This document shows, in pieces, positions 11,873-27,701 of a DNA stretch of 64,000 nucleotides. Origin of the DNA: Octopus sinensis (Eukaryota). Within the stretch, counting starts at the first letter, position 1. Every line of letters starts with the position of its first letter. The position numbers were made by a program, and so were the translations under genes. The DNA is taken from assembly GCF_006345805.1 (NCBI RefSeq), contig NC_042997.1:101928001-101992000 (forward strand), written 5' to 3'. Below the pieces are notes generated by a model that saw only the letters and a list, made by a program, of their open reading frames with translations, was not told the origin of the DNA and did not search any database.

Positions 11873-14414
11873 CATATAGTACTAATTAATGACTGGACTC
11901 AAACCTCCTCGACTCAAGCCTACTTGTCTTTCCTCTGTCTTTCTCATCTCGCCTCTGACCTACTTGTCTCTCCTTTGTCTTCCTCCTTTCTTCACCTCTC
12001 ATTTTCCTTGTTGCATCCACTCCTCCAGCCCTACACTAATCATTATAGCCAGCTCTTCTCACCTAGAACATTGATCCTCTGGAATCTTCTCTCTGCTCAT
12101 GTGTTTCCTACAGGTGTTGGCTTGCAATATGCTAAACAGAACATTAATGGCATCAGGATCACTGGTCTTGGAGGATCTACAAAGCTCATGGTTGCTTCCA
12201 GACTGAGTAAGTAAAAACAAAATGCCATAACTATTCAGTTGCTATATTATAGCAAAACCATCAATGTAGACTGTAATATAACAGACTAATAATACCTTAT
12301 GAACCTAAGCCCAAATTGGATAAGATGGATACATTTCATAAAAAGCAAAAATAGTTTTCAAAGTGCAGACTATTATAATCAACCAAACTTAATTATTTTT
12401 TAAATTAAATTCTTACAGGGCATTAGTTAGGTTGCATTTATAAATTTCTAGTTTTTGCAAGTTCTCTGTTTTTACCACCCAGATAATAAATTAAATATAT
12501 TCATAATCAAGTGTCTAATTATTTGAGTTAACCGTTTAGTATTTAAACTGGCCATATCCGGCCAAAATATTTAATCTGTTTTATATTCAAACTGACCAGA
12601 TCCAGGCTCTCACACCTACCCTAAAATGTTATTCTACATTAAGTAATTACACCATCAAGATCTTGAAGATATGAGATAATGCTTGATTAATTCAAATCAA
12701 TGGGAATCAATTAGCAATATGTATGATAGACTAATCAGAACACTAAAGGGTTAAACTGTGTGTGTACATATCTAAGTTGATATTAAAAAATGCAACTAAA
12801 AACAGACTTGAATGAGGATGTTTTTGCTTTGATTTTACAAATTATTTATTTTCTTAGATATTTTATTAGCATAATTATACTATTAAATATATTAATAACT
12901 AAATATATTGTCATATTTTCATTAAAATTCTTTCAGTTTCACATAAAGAAATCATATATTTATGTCAGAATGCAAATATCTAACATTTAAATTTTTACAC
13001 TCACCACTAATGTTAATTAAATAACAGCTGAAAACAAACTTTTACAAACATGTTTGTGACTCAGGTTTATAATTATTTGTGCATTTACAGAAACAAAGCT
13101 AACATGCAAAAAAAAAAAAAATTAAAAATTAAAATTAAGCTGAAGTGAAATAAGTTTGTGCCCAGTAGAAAAATCAAGATTAATTCAGTGAAAAGAGTTA
13201 AGTGAGTCAATTATAATTTGTAGAGAATATTGTTTTAAAAAACTAATAAATGGTTATAAATTCCACAGATGATTTAAATTCAGAAACATGGCAAAAGAAA
13301 ATAAACACATCAAAAACACTTCAGACCAGTGCTCTACTGCCTCAGTCATTTCTACTGTTTCTTTGTAGAGAATATTAAATATAAACTGTTGTTCTGGGGT
13401 CTAGTTTTGAAAGTTAAGTAATTTCATGTCATAAACACAACACTCATGCATACATATACATATATACAAACACCACAATCACAGAACCCATACATATATA
13501 GCATGTCATTCATATAGAGTTGCCAAAAATTTTAATATACTATAAATTTGTAAGAAAGAAATTTGGTACATGATACTAGTAAATTAAGTAAATTTTCATG
13601 ATTTACTTGTTTTGATGTATGATAAAAGATTGTTCCCAATTCAAGGAAAGTTAGCTTTATGAGAGTTTAGGAATATAGAATATGAGAGGTGTGTTTATAA
13701 AATATGTTTTAAATACAGAAATATAAATGGAAAAGTATAAAGAATTTTTTTCGATTTCTGTATTGTAAAATGCAACAGATTGCTGGGTCAAAAGAAATGT
13801 AGAGTCATAGAGGCAAAGAGTAGAAGTCAATTATTATGGCATAAACACAACTCAGAGAGGATCAACACAGTTATGTTAGATAAAAATTTCGAAACATGGA
13901 ATATTGGACTGATGAATGATTGAAAGACAGGGGTTGATGCATCAAGGTGTCAACTAGAAGATGGGTTGATTCCCATGAAATTCTCAATTTTGACTTGCTT
14001 TCAGATGTGATAAGGATATGCATCCATAACTGGTTTAAATATTGAAATGTAGAATATTTTATATCAGTAGATATAATAATTGCAACAGTAGAGATAAAGT
14101 AGTAATTTAATAATTTAAACAAAAATAAATTTTATGAGGCTTGTACTACTTTTTAATTTTCGCAAGTAAATTCTTGTTGATAGAATCAACATCTCACCTT
14201 AGAGATGCATTACTTGATGTTGTTTACTTCTGAGTGTTGGGAAGGTTACTGTACTCTGACCAGACTACTAAGAAAACCGGTGGCCAAATGATCAAGCATG
14301 GTTTTATTTACATCTGTGAAACTTCAAGTAATGCATCCCTAATATCAATTTGTCAACATAAATATTCAAACTCCATGTCACAGATATTGAGCAATTTTAT
14401 GCCTTTTTTGTGAT

Positions 14415-14469
<55 letters not shown>

Positions 14470-17215
14470 ATATATATACACATATATATATATATATATG
14501 AGATGGGTGCAAAACAAGTTCCTGGTTTTAAGAGTGTTGTGAAAGGTCTGGTTAGAGACCCAACCTCCTGAGTTCTTTTACAGGGATTAGAAAATCTGAA
14601 GGACCACTGCAATAAGTGTGTGTGAATCTGAGAGGGGAATATGTTAAATAAAATCATAATTAACTGATCCTCCTGTATTTTCTTTTATCCAAAGCCAAGA
14701 ACTTTTCAGTTCCACCTCTTGAGTGTGTACACATATACACACACACACATATATATATATATACACACTCACAGAAACTTACATATATATATATACACAC
14801 ATGCACATATATAAATAAATATAGATATTTATACAAATAAATTATATGCATAAATCATGGACATTGAATTATGATGAAGATATACTCTGAATAGTAGAAT
14901 TAAAAAGCATTACTACATTTTAAGAATTTGTTTTGATAACCTCTTTTTGTCTGAGGCAACGGATTGCTGAAGTAGACATATCTTTTTATCAATAGAGTCT
15001 CACATAAGAATAAGGAAACCTTCTAGTAGTGTTTAATACCTAAGTTTGGATCCATTTCAAAATGTTTACTTGTTTTTGTTTGAGAGTAGATTTAAATTGA
15101 AAAAGCAAGACTTCTCATGTGAAAAATACTATTATAACAGAGTATATGATATCTTAAAACATTGCATCTTGTAAAAGTGTTAAAGTTCTAGCTATTTTTG
15201 GGAAGTCAAGGAATGATACAACTTTGCTATTTACATCACTAATAGTCGGCTGATGAGTGGTTGAGTTCAGATGCTCGGATGTCCATATTAAAAAAAGATT
15301 TATTATTATTTAGCATTACTGATTCATAGTTAGAAATGTTCCTATCCTGTCTACACTTCTGTAATATTACAGTAAAAGAAATGACAACTGTCCTCTTTGT
15401 TGCTCTTTAACTTTGACATTTTAACATTTTAACATTCTAAAAGTATTCTGACCTCAGGTTGCTTTCTTTACTATAAATATTAAAGAAGTATAGATACACT
15501 AAGGTCTTTCTTTAGTAATGAAAAATGTTGAATGCAATGTAGCTACTTCATATTTTACTGTAAAATATAAATACTAAGGTATTTGCAGATATTAGCTTAT
15601 ATTTATGGAATTATGTTTGTAATGATTATGTATTATGTAGATATTGGTTAATATTTTATTGTTTATAAACTGATGTTTACTGTTGATACCACTGTTGCAT
15701 GTTGCATTTAATTTTTCAACTTTGGTTGTAATGCACATTTGCTATATGAAGTATGAATAAAATTGAATTGAAAATTAATTTTAGATTATACTAGAGTTGT
15801 CATGGTAAGATATCAGTAGTCCAACATGTTAGTATGGAAAATACAAAGCTGCAAATTAATTCTCATGATTCACTTCAGAACTTTGCAAATTTTAATTTAT
15901 TAATTTATGTTCTAAAAGAATCCTTGTTAGCTAGCAGCCATTAGATTCATCAAAATGTAAATTTGACCACCATACCGATGTGAATTACTATTGTACACAT
16001 CGATAAAAAAAGGAAGCTTGACCTTTAGTGTCTTTGGGATTCCAAACTTGAGGCTGTAGAAAGTCCATTGATTCAGATCGAATGTCTAGATGGAGTTGTC
16101 TGGAAGGTTCTTTATCTGCATTCCTCATAACCTGCTTGTGCCGGCCATGATGCTTGATGGAGTGCAGTTCTAGTTGTGTTTTGTAAGTCCGTGCACCTGA
16201 AGCGGACACATAAAATTATGCATATATATATGTAAACATATGTATACACACATGTACACAAGTATGGACACACACATATGGACACATATAGTTTAGTATA
16301 TGTTGGTATCTGTTCCCCAGAAAAGGGAATAAAGCTGGAAACCAAATTGAATTATTTTATTATAAACTAAATCTTAAATTAATTTGCGTATAATTGCATC
16401 TTTGAAAATGAATAGCCAAAACATAATATAAGCCAATCTACAAGATAGATTAACTACAATTGAAAACTTACTCTCTAATAGCAATCAAATAGAGAGATAA
16501 ATCTAAGACCATGCTATGATCACTTAAAAGAGTTTTCTCATTCAAATCCATGTTTATTATATTCAATATTATGATTAGCTCTTCACAATAACCAAAGAAC
16601 CGTTTCTCTAATCTACAGAACAAAACAGATCACATATTGATTGAAAAAAATAAAATACTGAAATTATAAAAATAAGGTAATACTAATTTATGTAAAAATC
16701 ACCTGCAAAAACTTATATGTACATAATAACTTAGTAAAAATAATTTAATAAAAAAAAATTTACCCCAGTCAATGGGAAACCAGTATAAACAAAATTGCTT
16801 AGAAATTTGTCTAGTACTGCCTTATCACAAATCGTTAACCCACTTGCCATTTAAAGGGCTAAACATAGGGTATAAACTTTGAGTAAATTTTCTATGTTAA
16901 CAAAAATGTTAGAATATACAAACAAAATAATGTGATGATGTTTATGGTTATAGAACTTAACAGAACAGAACTTTCCATGCTATTGTGTAATCTTGAAGAT
17001 TTAGCATGGTGAACAATATATACCATTATGGTTATGTATCATGACAAGCTTACAAATCATGTACCTGCTTCAAACATACATTTTTTTCCAAGGTTTAAAT
17101 TACACACATGTGCATGCATGTGTGCACACACATGCATGCATGCACACACATGCATGCATGCACACATGCACTCACATGTATGCAACATATGCACATGCAC
17201 ACACGAGCATACATG

Positions 17216-17252
<37 letters not shown>

Positions 17253-20031
17253 TCTCATACTCACATGCTCACATTTTTTAATGTTGTTCTAAAATATCAG
17301 CGCGAATTATGAAAAAGTATTTGATATACTAACAATGGAAAAATTTCCAAAAAATGTGATCAAAGAAAAATGTTACATAAATAGACATGGCTGTATGATT
17401 AATATGCTTGCTGGTTTCAGGTTCAGTCTCACCACAAGGGCATCCTGGGATTTTACTATAGCCCTAGGCCAACCAATGCCTTGTGAGTGAATTTGGTACA
17501 TGGAAGCCCATCATATGTGTGTCTTTGTGAGTTTTCCCCAATACTGCTTGATAATGGTATTAGTTTGTTTACATCCCTGTAACTCAGCAGTTTGACCCAA
17601 GTGACCAATACAATAGGCACCAGACTTAAAAATAAGTAATGAAGTCAATATGTTTGACTCAACCTTCAAGCATTGTGACCAGCATAGTCGCAGTCCAGTG
17701 ATAGAAACCAGTAAAAGATAATAGATTTTCAGAGAATCAAAAAATGCTTTATTCTACATTAAAGATTAGGTAAGGTTGATTTTCAGTTGTTATCAGATGT
17801 AGACATAGCACTAGATTGGATTTGAACTTGGAGCCTTTATTTCTAAACTTAACGGTAGTAATGCTCACATCCATATGCCCAGTGCATGTACATGCATCCA
17901 TGAGTAAAACATCTGATAATGATTGGAGAACAACAAATCAATATGTAATGAAAATTTAAAATATCTCTTATGTCTAAAGGTGAATATAATAGTCTCAAAA
18001 ACTATAATTGTATTAGAAATAACTCATCTAAGGTATTTAAACATGTAATCATGTCATATGAATGACATTCAAAAATAGCATGTGGTCTACAAGTTAGGGT
18101 GTTTGACTCCCAGGCACTCATAAAGTAAGATCTTTATGATTGTCTTTTATTCAATCAGTCAAGTTGAAGCATATAAAGATGCATACTATGCTCAACATAA
18201 AAGCTTACAGCTTAGGCTTGAACTAATAGTTATGGGATTTGTAGTTTAGTACCATAAATCTACAAACATTTCTCTTTCTCTCTTCCCCTCCCTCACCTAT
18301 CTCTCCACTATCTGCTCCCTCCCCATCTTACACAAAGAAAAATGTAATGTACATATAAAAGAGACAAAGTTAAAAATGCAATCTGTTTCCTGAGCTTCAA
18401 ATATAGGAAATTTATTTCTAATTAATTGTGCAGAATGAGTTGTCCAATATCTAGAAATGTAGGTGACAACAATTTCTCCCACCTATCAATTAACTTCTTA
18501 TAAAAAAAGATCATATACTATAAATGATTAATTTTGATTCAGCTATTGCATAGGTAAGTCAATATATATTGGTTCTATATTTAGAGCACCATTATTCTGC
18601 TATTGTTTTTTGGATAGTTTTCAAAACCTTTAATGATGTTTATGTGGAAGTTGTTAAGCTACTCTGTTTCATTATTGAAATTTTTTTCCCATTCTCTTTT
18701 TATTGCTTCATTCTTTTCCACGGTATCACAACCACAACAATTACATCCCTCCCCTTTCACTGAAGAATGAGCACTTAACTGAACTGCTGGATAACCTACA
18801 GTTTTTCTAATCTTTCTCCCTCTATTCCAATTACAGAACAAGAAAAATAAAAATTGCTTCTTTAGTTGTTTTAAAAGCAATTCATCCTGAAAGTTGGACA
18901 CTCCAAAAAGAAACACCAGTGCAATCAACATGCTTTTTGTCCTCATGTTCATAAGACTTGGGTTCCATAAGTTGTAATGAAAGCAACTGAGTACTATAGG
19001 TGCAGGCGTGGCTGTGTGATAAGATGCTTGCTTCCCAATCACATGGTTCTAGGTTCAGTCCAACTGTGTGACACCTTGAGTGCATGTTTTCTACTATAGC
19101 CTTGGGCTGATAAAAGACTTCTGATTGGAATTGGTAGATGGAAACTGAATGAAGCCTGTCGTAAATACACACACACACACACACACATACACACACACAC
19201 ACATATATATATATATATGTGTGTGTGCGTGTGTGTATGTATATATATATATATATATATATAGTCATGCATGTGTGTCATTGTGTATGTTTTTCCCCAC
19301 CCCATAGCTTGACAACCGATTTTGGTGTGTTTACGTCCCCATAACTTAGTGGTTCAGCCGAAGATTGATAGAATAAGTTCTACGCTTACAAAGAATAAGT
19401 CCTGGGGTCCACTTCTTCGACTACAAAACCTATTCAGGCAGCGCTCCAGCATGGCCTCAGTCAAATGACAGAAACAGGTAAAAGAATAACTAGGAGAGCA
19501 GCTTCTATGAATTTAAACTTAAAAGGCATAGAAACGACTTTAAGACCTACAATATGGGATCACTTGTGTCAGTGGTTTTATAAATATTCTATTACACTCT
19601 GCTGCTGGTTGACAATAGGAAGGGCATCAGTTATAAAATCCCTGCTATTCTAACAAGACTGAAGAGATCTGTTATATCAGGAACACTTTAGAAGTAGAAC
19701 CTGTACCAAGTGCCTCATCATCGGTCACAACTTCCTTCTTTTCAGATCTTAATTTTAAGCTCCTTATCTGTCTATGCGACGCGAAGGTTTAACTTAGCGT
19801 ATTTACTAGTTAGAAAGAACTTTTAAATTTTTACTAGGGGAGGCAACTCTAAAGGCTTGTGTCAAGGTTATACAAAAGTCTTTTAGAATCAAGGGGAAAT
19901 CACTCTGGAAATTTATTAAAAAAAAATTTATTACCTACTGTTTAAAATTCTGTGAAGAAATATTTTCCCTATGAGGGCTTAGGAAGAATATTTAATACCC
20001 GAAGTAGATTTCAGGAGTCACAATCAGTCAG

Positions 20032-20112
<81 letters not shown>

Positions 20113-20124
20113 CACAGAGACAGA

Positions 20125-20197
<73 letters not shown>

Positions 20198-23100
20198 TGG
20201 TAGTCTCACATAGTCTGGGAAAGACATGCAATTTCTTGCTGAAAACTGGTACAGATGATTTGATTATCATGATCAACTGTTTGTGCTCAATCTCTCCATC
20301 AAATCGACATTGGTGGAACAGGTGGAAGGTGTACCACACGTCAGGTGTTGAAGTGATTGCAGAGCCACGTGTGATGAAGTGCTTTGCTTAAGAACACAAC
20401 ACACCACCCAGTTCAAGATTGAAGTCATGGATCTTGTGATTGTGAATGCAGCACCTTAACCACTAGGCCATGTGCCCTCATACATACATACATACATACA
20501 TACATACATACATACATACATACATACATACATAGATACATACATGCACACAAAATAATCTAGGGTAAGGAGGAAGCTATCTACAAATGAGAAAGGAGTG
20601 AATTTGGTAGAGGTAATCTTCATATCTGGAGCGTAGGAGTGTAACTACAGCTATTGGCTAGCTTCCATTCTGAGGTGATCAAATTAGTAGTTGAGTAGAG
20701 TGTTCTGAAAACATAGTAGCCACAGTAAGAACAAGGTGATGAAATTCAGTGAGCTTTGTCAACAAAGACATTTTACTTTGGGAGAAGTGCAAATTGTATC
20801 AGACTTGTGTACTTAATGTGATGTTCTGGATGAGGGAAACATGGATGCTAAATGTTGAAGATAATCCCAGAACAGAAAGAAATGCAATGAATATGTTCCA
20901 TTGAATGTGTAATGTAAGTGTACATGACGATGGAGGACAAATGAGCTAAGAAAAGAAACTGGGCATGAGAGGAATCAGATGTAGGTGTGTAAGAGAGAAG
21001 ACTTAACTGCTATGGACATGTGGTACACATGTAGAATGAGAACTAGACAAAGAAATGCCAAGCAAATATAGACGGAAGAACCTGCAAAGATAAATAGACT
21101 CTGCAGTCCATTTCGGACAAACACTCAGACAGAAATACATAAACACACACACACACACACACACGCACACACACACACATCGACAAATGCACACATAGTT
21201 TACCCTCCCACCCAAGCCACCCACAAACTCACGCACATTAGATGCAGGCATTCCTATAAGGTTAAGAAGTGCACTTCTCAACCATGGTTATGGGTTCAGT
21301 CCCACTGTGCAGTACCTTAGGCAAGCGTCTTCTACTATGGCCCCAGGCTTGCAAATGTGAGGGAAGTTGGCAGACAGAAATTTCATGAAGCCTGTTGTGT
21401 ATACACCCCCCCAACACACACATGAACATGCATGTGTGTGAGAATGTATGCATGTGTGTGCATGTGTGCGTATGTGCATATGAGAAGGTATATGAAGTAA
21501 AAAAAAAACTTGATTGATAATTCATTAAAGAATAATCTCTTTTAGGTACCAACTAAGATATTAGAAACCTTTGTGGTTGAAGTATTACAAATCACATGGA
21601 TACAAAAACATAGAGACAAATAAAACTGCTGAACTCTATATATGATATTAACTACAGTTAATACTTTCATCAAAATTATTTCTGAAGATTTTGAGTAGTC
21701 AAAGAAAAAGTTCCTGAAACAAAGTTTTGTAAACCATATTTCTTTCCTATTTCTTATATTTCAGTCAGGACAAGTAGAAATCAATGGAAAAAAAAGAAGC
21801 TTCTTACATTTAAAGAACATTTTATTGTTGTAAGAGGATATAAATGTGTTACAGGAAATGATATAATTAAACTGAATCTAATAACTTTACTGATAATATG
21901 TGCAAGATATTTAAATATATTTGATACATTTTTTTAAAAAAGAAATTATATGTGCACTAATGGTGATATTTAACATAAAAGCAAATCAAGAACTAATATG
22001 CATGCATAAGAGCAATAATAATAAAATATATAAATTTATTAATAACAATTTAGTTCTATATACTTTGAAGTCTTACCTGACACCGAAGAGATCGGTAATT
22101 TCTCCACCCCAAATCCACTAAAAGATCCTGAGCAAGTGAATACTGTTGGCACATATTCAATGTGTTCCCAATGTTTCTCAAGTGCAGGTCCCCAATCAGC
22201 TTCAGATTCACAAAGGAACCGTATTCTCTGTTGTAGTGTAGTTATTGCAAAGATATTATTAGGTATTTTGTCCATGTATAGAATAAGGTTAAATTATTTG
22301 TGAATGAGAAAACATTTACAGATCATGTCTCAGATGTATGGTAAATGTAAACATTATGTATATCTTATTATTTTAATTTGTGAGCAATAGAAATACATTT
22401 TATAAAAACAAAAGCTACTGGTTACATAAAATACTACAAAGTGTTCAAATGAAATTACTTTTGATACAAAAATTATTGATTTCTAACTTATGGCCCAAGG
22501 CTCTACATTTTGAGTAACTTTGGTAAGGATCAGATTTAGAACTCAAAGAATCATAGCTAAATACTACAGGAATTTTGTCTGATGTTTTACTGATTCAGGC
22601 AAACCATTGCAATTGCTTTTACAATTAAAGGTGAGAAGTAGGAGGTTCAATTGGATGCTAGTATTGCAGGTGCTGACACGGTAATGCACCAGCTCCAGTA
22701 TTTGAACCTCAGTAGAGGAGAGGTTAGGAAAAAGGCCAAACTTACTATCTTCAGTTTGGTTTTTGTGCCTGTCTTCAGCTATGGTCATGAATACTGGGTA
22801 AAGACTAAAAGAGTACAATCATGAATACAAACAGCTGAAATGGGGTTTGTCTGAAGGATTTCTTGGATATCAGGATGTCTCTCCATGTTGAGCTGAGACT
22901 TCTCTGCATTAAGAGGTCACAACTCTGGTACTATGGGCATGGGATAAGAATATTTTAGGAAGGAATTGCAAAACAGACTCTTCATGTCAAGCCAGCTGGC
23001 AGGAGACCTAGGGACAGACCAAGAATAAGATGGTTGGATAATATCCAAAGTCTCAGATGGTCATGCTTGGAAATCCAGCTGGAAAGTGTAATGATGGTTA

Positions 23101-26050
23101 CTTCTGATTGGATCCTATGATGGAGGTGATTGAGGACTTTAACCTCATGACCCTCACTCCAGAAATAGTAGGCAAAAAAAAAAAAAAAGGAATACTTAAT
23201 ATAATGATAAAATATAAAAAGAAAGAAAAGAATGAAAAATAAGCAAAGCAACAAATTTAACATACCTCTTTGAATGTTCCTTCAGCATAAATTAATTTGG
23301 TAATTATACAGAATGGAATTGAAATAACAGGAACTGTCATGATAAAAAATGCTGCTATATCTGACCAGTATGGATAGGCTGATGACACGAATTTTTCAGC
23401 TAAGGGTTTGTAGTCTATTACAGAGAAGATGAGCACAAACTGTTGGAAGTAAAGTTAAAAAAAGGAGAAAAAAAAATAATCATGCATTTTGATATGGTAT
23501 TTTATTTGATATTAATGTCATTTACTACATAAGTGAATTAACGTTCATTTGAATTAATGTTCATTTAAATCAGTTAATTTTACTATCCATATCACAGAGG
23601 CACAGACGTGACTGTGTTGCTAAGTAGACTGTATCCCAACCATGTGGTTTCAAGTCCAGTCCTAGTGTGCAGCACCTTAGGCATATGTCTTCTACTGTAG
23701 CCTAGGGTTGACCAAAGTCTTGTGAGTAGATTTGGTCAACAAACTGAAAGAAATCTTTATATACATAGGCACAGGCATGGCTATGTGGTAAGAAGCCCGT
23801 CGTATATATATAGTTCAAATATACAGAAAATAAAATATGAAGACAGGTAAAGGAACAACAGGTAGGTGTATTAGTTTAACTATGTGTGTGTGTCTTTGTG
23901 TCTGTGTCTGTCCCCCTATCATTGGTTGACAACCGGTGTTGGTGCATTTACATCCTTGTAACTTAGTAGTTCAGCAAAAGATACTGTTAGAATAAGTACT
24001 AGGCTTAAGAAATAAATCCTGGGCTTGATTTTTTCGATTAAAAACCCTTCAAGCATGGCTACAGTCAAATGACTGAAACAAGTAAAAGAATGTGTGTGTG
24101 TTTGTGTGTGTGTGTATTTGTGTCTAACTTTGTCTTGACATCACATAATATTTGTAAACAAGCATTCCCATCATACAACTGATATTACTCATTTCGAGTC
24201 TTCCATAATTTTGCTTGGAAACAGGTGAGGGTTGGTGACAGGAAGGGCATCCAGCCATAGAAGGTCTGTCTCAGCAAATTTTGTCTGACCAATTCAAGTA
24301 TGAGAAAGTGGATGTTGAATGATGATGATGATGATAATAATAATGATGACAATGAGAATGAGGAAGAGGATATCAAATTAAAGAGCAGCTGCTTGTTAGC
24401 TATCAGCATTTTCTGTTTTGGTATTTTATTTATAGATAAAAGGAGAATGGAGTCCTTTGAAAATTTACAAATTTTCATATTTTTTAACCCTTTAGCATTC
24501 TGATTACTCTGTTAAATGTAATACTTAGTTACATTGTTTTGAATTGATCATACCTTATCTCCTGGTTTTGAGATTTTGATGGTACAATGGTTTATCTTTA
24601 AGATCTCATTGTAGAGTAGGTGCAAGAAGACAAATTTGGCTGGTTAAACATAAAACAAGTGGAATTTTGGCCCAGGTTTAGATGCCTGGTTTAATTGCAA
24701 TATATATTTCTTTATTTCCCACAGGGGGCTAAACATAGTGGGGACAAACAAGGACAGACAAAGGGATTAAACTGATTACATTGACCCCCCAGTATGTAAC
24801 TGGTATGCATTTAATCAGCCCCGAAAGGATGAAAGGCAAAGTCGACCTTGGCAGAATTTGAACTCAGGACGTAGTGGCAGACGAAATACCGCTAAGCATT
24901 TCGCCTGGCCTGCTAACGTTTCTGCCAGCTCGCTGCCTCAATAACAAAAACAACAACAATAATAAAAACAAGAGCACTCAGAGAGTGCAAACTTCTGCCA
25001 AGGCAACACCAATGTCTTCTCAATGATTAGCCGGAGATGATTAGAATGGGAATATCTGAAATAAACTGGACTGCTCTCACAAACGAGAATACTAAAAATT
25101 AACCTGACCGCTTTCAAACAAAAAATAATCTAAATATGTAACAGTAGACAAAATACTGCTAAGCATTTCGCCCTGCATACCAACAATTTTGCCAGCTCGC
25201 TTCCTTCAAAGCTTTACTGCAGTATAAGAGAATAGTTTAAGGCAGTGAGATGGCAGAATAGTTAGCACACTGGGGAAAATGCTTAGAGGCATCTTGCCAA
25301 TCTTTACTTTCTGAGTTCAAATACCACTGAGGTTGACTTTGCCTTTCATCCTCTCAGGGTTGATAAAAGAAGCACAAGTTGAGCACTGGGGTTGATGTAT
25401 TCACACAACCTTTTCCCTGAAACTGTTGGCTTTGTGCCACAATTTGAACCAATGTAGGAGAATAGTATCTGTTACAAACAAGTTGCTAAATACAAGTAGA
25501 ATAAATCATTAAAAAAATTATCTAATTTTAATTATGAACTCTCAAATTTTACTTATTAAAACTACTTAGATCAATTACATGATACTGACTATGTATTGTG
25601 ACGCATCTGTAAGATAAGATGATAACCCCTGACAGCAATTGAAAGAATTTCTCTATGAGGGACAGAATATTTTGAATATGACCATAAGTATAAATATTTT
25701 GTCTTGCTCTAAGATATGATCTTCAGAAAGATATTGTAAAGAACAAAGGAAATATCGAACGTATGACAATACAATGTATATATCTTTTATATATATATGT
25801 ATATATGTATATATCTTTTATATATATATATGTATATATGTATATATCTTTTACTTGTTTCAGTAATTAAACTGTGGCCATGCTGGGGCACCACCTTGAA
25901 TAATTTTTAGTCAAATGAATCAGCCTCAGTACTTACTTTTAAGCCTGGTACTTATTCTATTGGTCTCTTTGCCAAACTGCCAAGTTATGGGGTCATAAAC
26001 AAACATCACTAGTTATCAAGCAGCAGTGGGCAACAAGCACAAACACAAAG

Positions 26051-26088
<38 letters not shown>

Positions 26089-27649
26089 CACACACACACA
26101 CACACATACATATATATGACAGGCTTATTTCAGTTTCTGTCTACCAGATCCACTCACAAGACTTTGGTTCACCCAAGGCTGTAGTAGAAGACACTCGCCC
26201 AAGGTACCACACTTTGGGACTGAACCTGGAACCATGTGGTTGGGAAGCACACACAAAATATAAAGAGAGACAGGATGAGATAACCAAGATGATCTTTGCA
26301 AACCTACTACAGCAATATAACATAAAAAAAAAAAACCCCAGAAAATCAGAAACGTACAAATAGAAAAGATAACAACAAGTGAAAAGATTAAGATCTTAGC
26401 AGATAGCCCAGTAATAACATCAAACCATATAGAAACAATAAACCTGATATTACAACTTATAAAAGCAGTGAACCTGAAGTAATTTTTTCATCAGGCTCCT
26501 ATAATCACTCTGCAAGCAGAGCACAAGTTAATGCCCAAAAAGTAGTTGACTCAATGAAGAATGAAGTAATGAAAACTGGTACAGTATCTTCACAGGAAGT
26601 AATTGCTACTACTGTACAAAATCTCCATGAGGAAACAAAATCACAGTGCAAACAATCCCTGGACTTTCACATAACATACATAACTGGAGGCAGCATGCTT
26701 TAGGGATTCCAGCACTTCCAACTTGCAGGTCAGGATTTGAAATTCCTGATACAGTTAAGTATTTAGAAGATGGGTCCTTGTTTTTGGGCCTTGACAGGTT
26801 TGGATGATTTAGAAAGCTCCTAGAATTGAGCCTGTGATGGGACTTTCAAGGTATCTCCTAGTTTGTTGAGTCATTTAGTGACACTACATATCATCACTGG
26901 AAGTTTGTGTGTGCCCCAACTATTTGGGCCTCATATCATCTTCTTCTGTCTTCTGTGTGTTATTTAAGACCAAATTGTTGACCCGTAACCTGTCTCATGG
27001 ACTTTGAAAAAGCTCCCCATAATGCATTTATTTCTCTATTTCTCTTTTAGGATGATGCAGAAATTATCAAAATGTTTTTAAAAATTCCAAAAAATTCTCC
27101 AAGAGTTCTCCATGAATCTTGGAGTATTTTTAAAAATTTAAATCTTCAGATTCAGTCCTCATGAATTTTCAAGGCATTAAACATTAGTTCAGAGAAAAAT
27201 TAATGAAATTTATCACTTGGGTTAATTATAACATATTACATTAGACCAAGTTAATACTTGGCTGAATAAAAGAATATTATTCTTATCTCAGTTAAATATT
27301 CATCTGAAAAGGAAAAAAAAAAATTGCACCCTTAAAATACAATTATTAAGATATACTAGAAAATAAATAGAAATAAGTATGTATACTAACCAGAAGTATG
27401 ACAGGGGATACACCCATCCACAAGATTCGCCAAAACCAGCTGACTTTGTGTTGAATCATATGTGTGATATTTGCACAAAACCGTTTTACACCGTAAACCC
27501 ATGCAATTGCTACACACATACAGATACCTATAATCATCACGGGGAATCCTGTACACTCGTCCATCAGTTGTAAAATATAGAGTCCTCCCTGAAAATTGAA
27601 TCAATATAATTTAAGTAAAGTTAAAATAAATTTAGTAAACTTATCATTC

Positions 27650-27701
<52 letters not shown>

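Noticed and set aside
18659-19042. 127-aa minus-strand ORF with a small Cys cluster as an extra tail exon
   Set aside because: It begins inside a SINE head; no phase-compatible acceptor/donor pair was found, and exon 11 joins exon 12 without it.
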